Positions 1-8,840 of a stretch of DNA of 64,000 nucleotides are shown here, in pieces (position 1 is the first letter of the stretch; each line of letters opens with the position of its first letter). This DNA comes from Bacteroidales bacterium UBA4912 (GTDB lineage: Bacteria; Bacteroidota; Bacteroidia; Bacteroidales; Dysgonomonadaceae), in NCBI GenBank assembly GCA_002398875.1, contig DHCC01000026.1:13074-77073 (forward strand), given 5' to 3'. A program made the position numbers and the translations under genes. The notes below the pieces were generated by a model. It worked only from the letters and a program-made list of their open reading frames with translations, was not told where the DNA came from and searched no databases.

Positions 1-1
1 T

Positions 2-421
2 TCTTTCAATTCAGCAATTCAAACAGGAATTTTCTTTACGACAAAAGGTTATAAAGGAGACGATGAGGAGTCTGAATTAACAGTTAACTCAATGTATTTG
101 CAATTGCCTGTTCACTATGCTTATAAACTTGATGTTTCTCCCGGAACCCGCGTTGTATTTCATGGTGGCCCTTATATAGCTTATGGTATAGGAGGTAAAA
201 TCACAAATGGAATCAATATGGATACTTTTGGTGATGAAGGCATATTTGAAAGATTTGATGCCGGTTTAGGAATAGGTGTAGGTGCTGAGTTTGGAGCCAT
301 ACTTCTCGATTTAGGCTGGGATATGGGTCTTGTGGATATTTTGAATGTTGATTTTATGGAAGCTGACTTAGGTAATGTGAAAAACATGAATGCATATCTA
401 TCTATAGGATACAAATTTTAA
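2..421 (+). CDS. Outer-membrane beta-barrel (porin-family) protein, 5'-truncated by the window edge
   Basis: The frame of ORF 92..421 stays open back to base 2, so the gene starts upstream of the window. It is Gly/aromatic-rich with an alternating strand pattern, and the C-terminus ...YLSIGYKF ends in Phe as in OM beta-barrels. A hairpin terminator follows. Confidence 0.6.
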   Translation, partial: SFNSAIQTGIFFTTKGYKGDDEESELTVNSMYLQLPVHYAYKLDVSPGTRVVFHGGPYIAYGIGGKITNGINMDTFGDEGIFERFDAGLGIGVGAEFGAILLDLGWDMGLVDILNVDFMEADLGNVKNMNAYLSIGYKF

Positions 422-446
422 TCATAAGAAAAGTTAATTATTTTCG

Positions 447-478
447 GCCCTGTATATATAATTATACGGGGTTTTTTA
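447..478 (+). terminator. Rho-independent terminator after the OMP gene
   Basis: GC-containing stem CCCUGUAUA / UAUACGGGG followed by a T-run (gttttttat). Confidence 0.6.
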
Positions 479-528
479 TCTCTGATAAAACTTCTAAAAG
501 TAGTATTTTGCTCTGATCTGTTTCTAAC

Positions 529-561
529 AAACTCCCTACAAACTCCTAACCAACTCCTAAT
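529..561. repeat. Three tandem 11-bp direct repeats (AAACTCCCTAC / AAACTCCTAAC / CAACTCCTAAT)
   Basis: Read directly from the sequence. The AACTCC core recurs with exact 11-bp phasing about 160 bp upstream of the PBP4 start. A partly complementary arm (ATTAGTAGGATGTAAGGAGTA) lies at 575..595. Confidence 0.5.
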
Positions 562-720
562 ATTGCTTATATAAATTAGTAGGATGTAAGGAGTATGTAA
601 GAACCAAGTTGGTATTTAGTAATGTCAAAGTATGACTATTTATATATCAATTTTTATTTGTTATATTTGTTATTATTAACAGCATAAAGCTAGAGCATAA
701 ACACTAATAAGATACTGATC

Positions 721-2160
721 ATGTTAAAAACAATACATACAGCAATATTCATTTTAGTAAACTTTCTTGTATTTTCGCAACCGGGAGTGCAACAAATGAT
801 TAACAATCCCTTACTGAAACATGCATCCGTGGGTATCTCTGTGGTGGATATTTCAACAGGAAAGAATGTTGTATCTTATGATGCTGAGAAATCTCTTACT
901 CCGGCATCGGTGCAAAAATTGATTACAACTGCCACTGCGATAGAGACTTTGGGTGATAATTTCAGATACAGAACAGAGGTTGCATTTGATACCAATGATC
1001 CTTCACGAATTTTAGTGATAGGGTCGGGCGACCCAACATTAGGTAGTGAGGTCTTTAAAGAAAATCCAGACGCCTTCTTTGTAAATAGTGTACAGTTGCT
1101 AAATAAATCACTCTCAAAAAACAGAGATTATTCTATATATGTGGTTGATAATCTGTTTGGGTACGAAGGGGTTTCTCCGGAATGGACATGGATCGATCTA
1201 GGTAATTATTATGCATCCGGTTCTTACGGGATAAGTATATTCGACAATAGTTACCGATTGTATTTCAATACAACCGACAAAAATAGTTGCCCCGTTATCA
1301 TCAGAACAGTTCCCGAAATTAAAGGACTTAATTTTCGTAATGAGCTCTCACTTAATAATACCGGTCGTGATAACGGATATATCTACGGTGTTCCATTTTC
1401 GTACGATAGAGCTGTAAGAGGAGATATTCCGGGTGGAAGATCATCGTTTAGTATAAAAGGCGATATTCCCGATCCGGGCTTACTTTTGGGTGAGACTTTA
1501 GCCAGTCATCTTAGAAAAGATGGTTATAAAATTGGAAAAGTAGAAACAGCTAGAGAGGATTATCTTTTAGGACAGTGCAGTCCTTTACGGACACAATCTG
1601 TTTACAAAGTTGGTCAGTCTGTTTTCACACAATTATCACGACCACTAAAAGAAATAGTAAGAGAAATCAATGTAGAAAGTAACAATCATTTTGCTGAGCA
1701 TTTGATTCGTACAGTTGGCAGAAATGATAAGAGTAATATTTATGATAATGCTCTTGAAGCAGGTATCGAATATACAGGAGAATTCTGGAAAAAAAGAGGT
1801 GTTGATAACTCTTCATTGAAAATGCACGATGGCAGCGGTCTTGCACCACAAAATGCAGTTAGTCCGCAATTTCTTACAGATATGCTGACCTATATGTATA
1901 ATGACAGCAGATACAGTGATGCTTTTATCAGCTCATTACCAAAGGCAGGTCAAGAGGGTACCCTTAGGAATTTTATGCTTAATACGAAATATGCAGGTAA
2001 GATTGTTGCCAAGAGTGGCACTATTGGCGGTGTACAGTGTTATGCAGGATATCTTTTGGATGGTGATAAAAAATATGCCTTTGCAGTAATGGTAAATAAG
2101 TTCAATGGCACACATTCTCAGGTAAGAACAATTATTGAAAAGTTTTTACTGAGCTTGTAG
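721..2160 (+). CDS. dacB: D-alanyl-D-alanine carboxypeptidase/endopeptidase, PBP4 (peptidase S13) family
   Basis: N-terminal signal sequence. SxxK motif (SVQK), SxN motif (ESNNH) and a KTG-like motif (KSGT) occur in PBP4-like order and spacing. Length of 479 aa fits the family. Confidence 0.8.
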   Translation: MLKTIHTAIFILVNFLVFSQPGVQQMINNPLLKHASVGISVVDISTGKNVVSYDAEKSLTPASVQKLITTATAIETLGDNFRYRTEVAFDTNDPSRILVIGSGDPTLGSEVFKENPDAFFVNSVQLLNKSLSKNRDYSIYVVDNLFGYEGVSPEWTWIDLGNYYASGSYGISIFDNSYRLYFNTTDKNSCPVIIRTVPEIKGLNFRNELSLNNTGRDNGYIYGVPFSYDRAVRGDIPGGRSSFSIKGDIPDPGLLLGETLASHLRKDGYKIGKVETAREDYLLGQCSPLRTQSVYKVGQSVFTQLSRPLKEIVREINVESNNHFAEHLIRTVGRNDKSNIYDNALEAGIEYTGEFWKKRGVDNSSLKMHDGSGLAPQNAVSPQFLTDMLTYMYNDSRYSDAFISSLPKAGQEGTLRNFMLNTKYAGKIVAKSGTIGGVQCYAGYLLDGDKKYAFAVMVNKFNGTHSQVRTIIEKFLLSL

Positions 2161-2201
2161 ATCAAACTGAGTAATAAGATAATATACTCCTGAAATTAAA
2201 T

Positions 2202-2237
2202 AAAAAAAGGAAACTTCTAATATAGTTTCCTTTTTTT
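2202..2237. terminator. Bidirectional rho-independent terminator between convergent genes
   Basis: A-run, stem GGAAACT / AGTTTCC, then a T-run (aaaaaaaggaaact...agtttccttttttt). Confidence 0.7.
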
Positions 2238-2244
2238 ATCAGAA

Positions 2245-2808
2245 TTAATCCACAATTTCAACCAGCTCTATCTCAAATACAAGTGTGGTATATGCGGGTA
2301 TATCACCTGACCCTGTTGTTCCGTACCCAAGCTTCCAAGGTATCCATATCTCCCATTTGTCACCAACTACCATACGCTGGAGTGCAGTAGAAAAACCATC
2401 CACAACACCGCTTACATTAAAAGTCCTTGGGATATCTTCTGTTGAGAAAGTATCATAATTTTTAGATGTAGAATCAAAGTAGAGCTTATTTTTAATAACG
2501 TTACCTTTATCATCTTTGTATGTGTCGGGATTTTCCCAAATTTGTTTGTACCACCCTGTATATCTGACCTTTACTCTATCTGTAAAATAAGGATAATTGG
2601 TTCCACTTCCTGACTCAATAACCTTATACATTATATACCCGTTTCCGGAATAGGAGTCTAGCTTATTGTAATCTGAACTGGAGGCAATTTTGGCGAATTG
2701 AGCTTCGTTGTCCAGTTTCCAGCGGTCGTCAAATGTTTCTTCTTTATCACATGATGAAAACAGTATGAATGCGAACAAGCTCAGAAAAATTGATAGTTTT
2801 AGCTTCAT
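2245..2808 (-). CDS. FKBP-type peptidyl-prolyl cis-trans isomerase, lipoprotein
   Basis: Lipoprotein signal ending ...LFSSC. The C-terminal FKBP domain pattern is present (VKVRYTGW..., FNVSGVVDGFSTALQRMVVGDKWEIWIPWKLGYG, TLVFEIELVEI). Confidence 0.8.
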   Translation of the reverse strand: MKLKLSIFLSLFAFILFSSCDKEETFDDRWKLDNEAQFAKIASSSDYNKLDSYSGNGYIMYKVIESGSGTNYPYFTDRVKVRYTGWYKQIWENPDTYKDDKGNVIKNKLYFDSTSKNYDTFSTEDIPRTFNVSGVVDGFSTALQRMVVGDKWEIWIPWKLGYGTTGSGDIPAYTTLVFEIELVEIVD

Positions 2809-2826
2809 TGTTGTGGTTTTAGTGCT

Positions 2827-4374
2827 TTAAATAGAAAGTTTTTTCAACAGATTCTTCATATCGGTCTTTTCAGCAATTAAGCGCTGAAGTGAATCGATAG
2901 CAACTCTTTCCTGTTCCATTGAGTCGCGGTAACGCACAGTAACAGTGTTATCTTCAAGTGTCTGATGGTCGATTGTAGCACAGAATGGCGTACCAATGGC
3001 ATCATGACGACGATAACGTTTACCGATACTGTCTTTCTCATCGTATTGACAAGTAAAGCTAAACTTCAGATCATCCATAATTTTTCGGGCTTTTTCGGGC
3101 AGTCCATCTTTTCTAACTAACGGTAGTATAGCTAGTTTCACGGGTGCCAGTTCAGCCGGAAGTCTTAGTAGTACACGAGTTTCACCATTTTCGAGTGTCT
3201 CTTCGCAATATGAACCGACCAGAATTGACAGGAACATACGGTCAACACCAATAGAAGTCTCCACTACGTAAGGAGTGTATGATTTGTTCAGTTCCGGATC
3301 AAAGTACTGCATTTTTTTGCCAGAGAATTTCTCATGCTGACTAAGATCGAAATCAGTACGTGAGTGAATTCCCTCTACCTCTTTGAAACCAAAAGGCATT
3401 TCGAATTCAATGTCTGTAGCCGCATTAGCATAGTGTGCCAGCTTATCGTGATCATGAAAGCGATATTTATCAGCCCCGAATCCAAGTGCCTGATGCCACT
3501 CCATTCTTAGTTTTTTCCAGTGTTCAAACCACTCTAATTCCTCTCCGGGAACAACGAAGAACTGCATCTCCATCTGTTCAAATTCACGCATACGGAAAAT
3601 AAACTGACGTGCTACAATCTCGTTACGGAATGCTTTACCAATCTGGGCTATACCAAAAGGTACCTTCATGCGTCCTGTTTTTTGAACATTCAGGAAATTA
3701 ACAAAAATACCCTGAGCAGATTCGGGACGAAGATAAACTTTCATTGCTCCATCAGATGTTGCTCCCATTTCAGTAGAAAACATCAGGTTGAACTGTCTGA
3801 CTTCTGTCCAGTTTCTTGTGCCACTTACGGGGCATGCTATTTCACAGTCTATAATTACCTGACGCAGCTCTTCAAGATTATTGTCATTCAGCGCTTTTGC
3901 AAATCGTGTGTGAATTTCGTCACGTTTTTGCTGATTTTCGAGTACACGAGGATTTGTTTCCCGATACATCTTTTCATCAAAAGAATCACCAAAACGTTTT
4001 GAAGCTTTCTGAACCTCTTTATCAATCTTATCATCCAGCTTTGCAAGATGATCTTCAATCAGCACATCCGCACGATAGCGTTTCTTGCTGTCCTTATTGT
4101 CTATAAGCGGATCATTAAAGGCATCCACATGTCCGGATGCTTTCCAAATAGTAGGGTGCATGAAAATTGCAGAATCAATTCCAACAACATTCTCATGCAG
4201 CAATACCATGCTGTCCCACCAATATTTTTTTAGATTATTTTTTAGTTCAACACCATTCTGACCGTAGTCATATACAGCGCTTAAACCATCGTAAATTTCA
4301 CTTGAGGGGAATACAAACCCATACTCTTTACAATGCGATATTATTTTTTTAAATACCTCTTCTTGTTGTGCCAT
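2827..4374 (-). CDS. glyQS: Glycine--tRNA ligase (homodimeric class II type)
   Basis: N-terminus ...HCKEYGFVFPSSEIYDGLSAVYDYGQNG. Class II motif 2 region FRNEIVARQFIFRMREFEQMEMQFF. C-terminal anticodon-binding domain. Length 515 aa. Confidence 0.9.
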   Translation of the reverse strand: MAQQEEVFKKIISHCKEYGFVFPSSEIYDGLSAVYDYGQNGVELKNNLKKYWWDSMVLLHENVVGIDSAIFMHPTIWKASGHVDAFNDPLIDNKDSKKRYRADVLIEDHLAKLDDKIDKEVQKASKRFGDSFDEKMYRETNPRVLENQQKRDEIHTRFAKALNDNNLEELRQVIIDCEIACPVSGTRNWTEVRQFNLMFSTEMGATSDGAMKVYLRPESAQGIFVNFLNVQKTGRMKVPFGIAQIGKAFRNEIVARQFIFRMREFEQMEMQFFVVPGEELEWFEHWKKLRMEWHQALGFGADKYRFHDHDKLAHYANAATDIEFEMPFGFKEVEGIHSRTDFDLSQHEKFSGKKMQYFDPELNKSYTPYVVETSIGVDRMFLSILVGSYCEETLENGETRVLLRLPAELAPVKLAILPLVRKDGLPEKARKIMDDLKFSFTCQYDEKDSIGKRYRRHDAIGTPFCATIDHQTLEDNTVTVRYRDSMEQERVAIDSLQRLIAEKTDMKNLLKKLSI

Positions 4375-4493
4375 GTGTAATAATTATCTGTTTCAACTTA
4401 CAAAGTAAAGGGTTTTTTTGATAATTTGACAATCATTCCTCTTAAAGATAAATAATTGACTTCCTTTCAGGTGATGTCTTAGAGGAAATATTG

Positions 4494-4501
4494 TATTTTT
4501 G
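4494..4501 (+). promoter_or_regulatory. Candidate Bacteroidota -7 promoter box (TATTTTTG, TAnnTTTG type)
   Basis: Exact match to the TAnnTTTG consensus, about 60 bp upstream of the flippase start. Confidence 0.35.
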
Positions 4502-4562
4502 CATGCATATATGACTATCAATCTTCAAATCTCAGAATAATTTGTTATTTATGGCAGGTGGA

Positions 4563-6077
4563 ATGAAAAATTTGGCTAAAGAAACCATCTTCTATGGTGT
4601 TGGCAGTGTTCTGCCTAAACTTCTCAGCTGGCTCCTGTCACTTTACTGGGCATTTGCATTGCCAAGAATTTCCGATATAGGTGTACTGACCAACTTTTAT
4701 GCCTGGGTGGCATTGCTTCAGGTGATTCTTACTTATGGAATGGAGACAGGCTTCTTTAGGTTTGCCAATAAAGAGAAAGATCCGGATAAGGTTTTTTCAA
4801 CTACGTTTATTAGTATATTATCTACCACTCTGATTTTCTTTCTTTTATCGCTGGTTTTCCTTAAGCCGATAGCTATTGCTTTAGGTGGAACAGCAATGAG
4901 GCCGCATTGGCTGCTTTTATTGATAATCATTCTTTGCGTTGATGTTATTGGAACTATCCCTTTTGCCAAACTAAGATTTAAGAACAGACCCATTCGTTTT
5001 GCGTCTATAAAGATTATAAATGTTGTTCTGACAATACTTTTCAATTTATTCTTTTTTCTTGCCTGCCCGTGGTTGCAGACTAAATTTCCTGGTACTTTTT
5101 CGTGGTTCGATATAAATAATGGGGTAGATTACATACTTATTTCAAATCTTACGGCTTCTATATTACAGTTTTTGATGGTGTCACCGGAATTGAGGATTAA
5201 GTTCAGTTTTGATAAACAGCTTTTACGTCAGATGCTAAAGTATTCTTTACCCATACTGATATTAGGAATTGCAGGGATATTGAATCAGACGGTTGATAAG
5301 ATAGTTTTTCCCTGGTTGTATCCTGACAAAGCAAACGCTTTTACGGAGTTGGGGATATATGGTCAGAACTTCAAGATTGCTGTAATAATGGTAATGTTTA
5401 CACAAGCGTTTAGATATGCTTTTGAACCGTTTATCTTTGCAAGAAGTAAGGGCAACCCCGATGAACGGCAGTCGTTTAGCGACGCAACAAAATACTTTAT
5501 AATATTCGGTCTGCTTATCTTCTTGACGACAACAGGATTTATCGATATTATTAAATTTCTTCTTCCTAAGGAGTATCATGTGGGATTGAAAGTGGTACCT
5601 ATAGTACTTTTGGGAGAATTGTTTTTTGGAGTTTATTTCAATCTCTCTTTGTGGTATAAGCTAACAGACCAGACAAAATGGGGTGCATATATTTCTATAT
5701 TTGGTTTTGTTATAACAATTGCAATTAATGTACTCTTAATCCCAAAATACAGCTATTTGGCATGTGCCTGGGCATCTTTTTTTGCAAATCTAATAATGAT
5801 GGTAATTTCTTATGTTATGGGACAGAAAAACTATCCGATCCCATATAATTTAAAATCAGCCGGTTATTTTTTTATACTCTCAATAATACTGTTTGTCGGA
5901 ATTACACTCTCATACAAATTTATTGATAACATGTGGATTAGATTATTGATAAGTGCTGTTTCAATATTTATCTATTTGCTTGTAGTAATAAAAAAAGAGT
6001 TGCCATTAAGCAGCTGGCCTGTCATCGGTAAATATTTTAATAAGAAAGAAACTACAGGTGTTAAATCAGCACATTGA
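4563..6077 (+). CDS. Polysaccharide/oligosaccharide flippase, MOP (Wzx/MurJ-like) superfamily membrane protein
   Basis: About 14 predicted hydrophobic segments, and the N-terminus MKNLAKETIFYGVGSVLPKLL is typical of polysaccharide biosynthesis proteins. The ORF-track start at 4542 is TTG. ATG codons at 4551 or 4563 are more likely. Confidence 0.65.
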   Translation: MKNLAKETIFYGVGSVLPKLLSWLLSLYWAFALPRISDIGVLTNFYAWVALLQVILTYGMETGFFRFANKEKDPDKVFSTTFISILSTTLIFFLLSLVFLKPIAIALGGTAMRPHWLLLLIIILCVDVIGTIPFAKLRFKNRPIRFASIKIINVVLTILFNLFFFLACPWLQTKFPGTFSWFDINNGVDYILISNLTASILQFLMVSPELRIKFSFDKQLLRQMLKYSLPILILGIAGILNQTVDKIVFPWLYPDKANAFTELGIYGQNFKIAVIMVMFTQAFRYAFEPFIFARSKGNPDERQSFSDATKYFIIFGLLIFLTTTGFIDIIKFLLPKEYHVGLKVVPIVLLGELFFGVYFNLSLWYKLTDQTKWGAYISIFGFVITIAINVLLIPKYSYLACAWASFFANLIMMVISYVMGQKNYPIPYNLKSAGYFFILSIILFVGITLSYKFIDNMWIRLLISAVSIFIYLLVVIKKELPLSSWPVIGKYFNKKETTGVKSAH

Positions 6078-6152
6078 CAGGGTGTTATGTGTTATGATTT
6101 TAACTAAAAACATATAAATTAAGAATATAAAATAAAGAATTATCTATTTATT

Positions 6153-8279
6153 ATGAGAAAATTTTTTTTATCGACAGTGATATTTTGTTTGACTTTTGTT
6201 GCTAATGCCGAAGAAGGGATGTGGCTTCTCAAGGAGTTAAACAGTCAGAGTGTTGCGCGAATGCAGGAGATGGGATTTACTTTACCCATTGATCAACTCT
6301 ATAATGAGACAAATCCATCGTTAAAGGATGCAGTTGTTATTTTTGGTGGTGGGTGTACTGGTGTTGCAGTCTCTGAACAAGGGCTGATATTTACAAACCA
6401 TCATTGCGGCTTTGGTGCAATTCAGCGACTGAGTGCTGTTGAACATGACTATCTTAAGAATGGTTTCGTGGCAAATAATCAGGCAGATGAGCTTTACGCT
6501 GACAGGTTAACAGTTTCCTTTTTGAGATCTATGGAAGAGGTGACAGACAAAATTGTGCCTTATCTGCCTTCAGTTTTAAGTGAGGTTCAGAGACAACTGG
6601 CAATTGATTCTCTTTCTAATGAGTTGACTAAAGTGTATGAAAACGATCCGTTTACTAACGCTCGTGTTGTGCCATTTTATTCAGGAAACAGATTTTATCT
6701 GGCTCTTTATGATGTTTTCCGTGATGTCCGTTTTGTAGCTGCACCTCCACAGTCAGTAGGAAAGTTTGGCGGTGACACTGACAACTGGATGTGGCCACGT
6801 CATACAGGTGACTTTTCAGTTTTCAGGGTTTATGCAGATGAGAATAATAAACCGGCAAACTATAGTGAGACAAACCGACCATATAAACCGAAATATGTGG
6901 TTCCGGTATCTTTGACAGGTGTTAAGGAGGGTGATTATTCGATGACAGTTGGCTATCCCGGCAGCACTCAGCGCTATATGTCTTCATGGGGAATAAGACA
7001 AAGAGTGGAATCGGAAAATAAACCACGAGTTGAAGTAAGAGGTGTAAAGCAGGATATTTGGTGGGATGCTATGACTCAAAATGACACCATCAGAATTAAG
7101 TATGCAAATAAATATGCAGGCAGTTCTAATTATTGGAAAAATTCGATGGGTATGAATGAAGCTATAGCCAATCTTGGCGTGATAGACAGGAAAGAAGTGA
7201 TCGAAAAAAGACTGCAGGAGTGGATTAATAGTAAACCTGCCAATAAAGCGAAATATGGCAATACTCTGAATACTCTGAAAGAGGCATATACAGGTTCGGG
7301 AGAGATGGCCAAATATACAACATATTTTCTTGAAACTTTCAATAACGGTGTTGAGCTTATCAGATTTGCTAATACAATTTTACAATTTGATACAGAAGGT
7401 ACTGAACAAGATAAACAAGATTTTATAAATGACAGATTAATTGAGTCGTATAAAAATTACGAACCGGAACTGGATAAAAAGGTGTTGCCTGCACTGATGA
7501 AACTTTATGCCGAAAGAGTGCCTGAAGAATATCATCCTGATATATACCAAAAGATTGATACTCTTTTTGGCGGAGATTATGAAAGATATTCTGATTGGCT
7601 GTTTGAAAACACTCAATTTACCTCTCTCGATGAATTACTTGTTTTGCTGCAGACGGCAGATACTAAGATTCTTACCCAAGATCCTGCTATGGAGCTTGCG
7701 CTCTCTACAGCCGATATGGGTTATGAATTGTCAGGTAAGATGATGTCGGCTTATGAAATGATGCTTCAAGGAGAACGTGAGTTTATGGCAGCTTTAATTG
7801 AAATGGATTCGGATAAGGCGTTCTATCCTGATGCTAATTTCACACAGCGTTTGAGCTACGGAACTGTAAAAGGTTATCAGCCACGTGATGCGGTATGGTA
7901 TGATTATTACTCAACAACCAGGGGTGTAATGGAAAAACAAAAGCCGGGAGATCCCGAGTTTAACGTTCAGGATTATATTCTTGACGATATTCGTTCAGGT
8001 GATTTCGGCAGATATGCTGATGAAAATGGTGAGATGAGAGTTAACTTCCTGTCAACAAATGATATTACAGGAGGGAATTCGGGAAGTCCGGTTATTAACG
8101 GAAACGGTGAACTTATCGGCCTTGCTTTTGACGGAAACTGGGAATCACTTAGCGGAGATATATTATTCGAGCCTGAGATGCAGCGTATGATTAGTGTAGA
8201 TATTTTATATGTTTTATATATGCTGGATAAGGTTATGGATGCGCCTCATATTGTAAAAGAGTTGAATCTGGTAAATTAG
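6153..8279 (+). CDS. S46 family dipeptidyl-peptidase (DPP7/DPP11 family), DPP7-like S1 pocket
   Basis: Signal peptide followed by EEGMWLL. Catalytic His context TNHHCG. NW motif DNWMWPRHTGDFSVFR. Catalytic Ser context GGNSGSPV. FDGNWE near the C-terminus. Confidence 0.85.
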   Translation: MRKFFLSTVIFCLTFVANAEEGMWLLKELNSQSVARMQEMGFTLPIDQLYNETNPSLKDAVVIFGGGCTGVAVSEQGLIFTNHHCGFGAIQRLSAVEHDYLKNGFVANNQADELYADRLTVSFLRSMEEVTDKIVPYLPSVLSEVQRQLAIDSLSNELTKVYENDPFTNARVVPFYSGNRFYLALYDVFRDVRFVAAPPQSVGKFGGDTDNWMWPRHTGDFSVFRVYADENNKPANYSETNRPYKPKYVVPVSLTGVKEGDYSMTVGYPGSTQRYMSSWGIRQRVESENKPRVEVRGVKQDIWWDAMTQNDTIRIKYANKYAGSSNYWKNSMGMNEAIANLGVIDRKEVIEKRLQEWINSKPANKAKYGNTLNTLKEAYTGSGEMAKYTTYFLETFNNGVELIRFANTILQFDTEGTEQDKQDFINDRLIESYKNYEPELDKKVLPALMKLYAERVPEEYHPDIYQKIDTLFGGDYERYSDWLFENTQFTSLDELLVLLQTADTKILTQDPAMELALSTADMGYELSGKMMSAYEMMLQGEREFMAALIEMDSDKAFYPDANFTQRLSYGTVKGYQPRDAVWYDYYSTTRGVMEKQKPGDPEFNVQDYILDDIRSGDFGRYADENGEMRVNFLSTNDITGGNSGSPVINGNGELIGLAFDGNWESLSGDILFEPEMQRMISVDILYVLYMLDKVMDAPHIVKELNLVN

Positions 8280-8304
8280 TATTTGGCTACTTTAATTTAT
8301 TAGC

Positions 8305-8352
8305 AAAAAATAACCCCTCAAAAGCACTTACTCTGCTGTTGAGGGGTTTTTT
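8305..8352. terminator. Bidirectional rho-independent terminator
   Basis: A-run, stem CCCCTCAA / TTGAGGGG, then a T-run, between the convergent S46 peptidase and mgsA genes. Confidence 0.7.
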
Positions 8353-8381
8353 AATTTACTATGATTTTATAATATCAGTGA

Positions 8382-8840
8382 CTAAAAAAGATAATCTTCT
8401 CTGTTGAACTTCTCGTATCTTGGAGGTGATGGAACATAATCATTATCATCCCACAGAGAGCTTGTAATCATAAGGTCGGCACTAAATCTGTTACAGGCAA
8501 TAGGTACATTGTGGACTCTGCACTGACGAAGCAGCATCATAATATCAGCTTCATGAGGTTGTGCATTTAGATCATCTATTAGAAATACAGCAAGATCAAT
8601 CTCTTTGCGCACTACCATAGCTGCTATTTCAGCATCACCTCCCATAGGGCCGGAGTTCATAATTGTAAATTCAGGATTAACACCCTCATTGTTTAATGCA
8701 TCCCGTACAAGTGTGCCTGTTGTTCCGGTACAAACAAGGTGGTGATGAGACAGGAAGTCGGAGTTGAAAACAACCCAGTCAACCATATCTGCTTTTCTAT
8801 GATCGTGTGCTACAAGTGCAATTGTTAGTTTTCTTTTCAT
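8382..8840 (-). CDS. mgsA: Methylglyoxal synthase
   Basis: IALVAHDHRKADMVDW and LVCTGTTG motifs. Length of 152 aa is typical. The start overlaps the upstream gene's stop as ATGA. Confidence 0.85.
   Translation of the reverse strand: MKRKLTIALVAHDHRKADMVDWVVFNSDFLSHHHLVCTGTTGTLVRDALNNEGVNPEFTIMNSGPMGGDAEIAAMVVRKEIDLAVFLIDDLNAQPHEADIMMLLRQCRVHNVPIACNRFSADLMITSSLWDDNDYVPSPPRYEKFNREDYLF

Noticed and set aside
92-421. Position 92 as the true start of the first ORF.
   Set aside because: The reading frame is open from base 2, so the gene is simply cut by the window edge.
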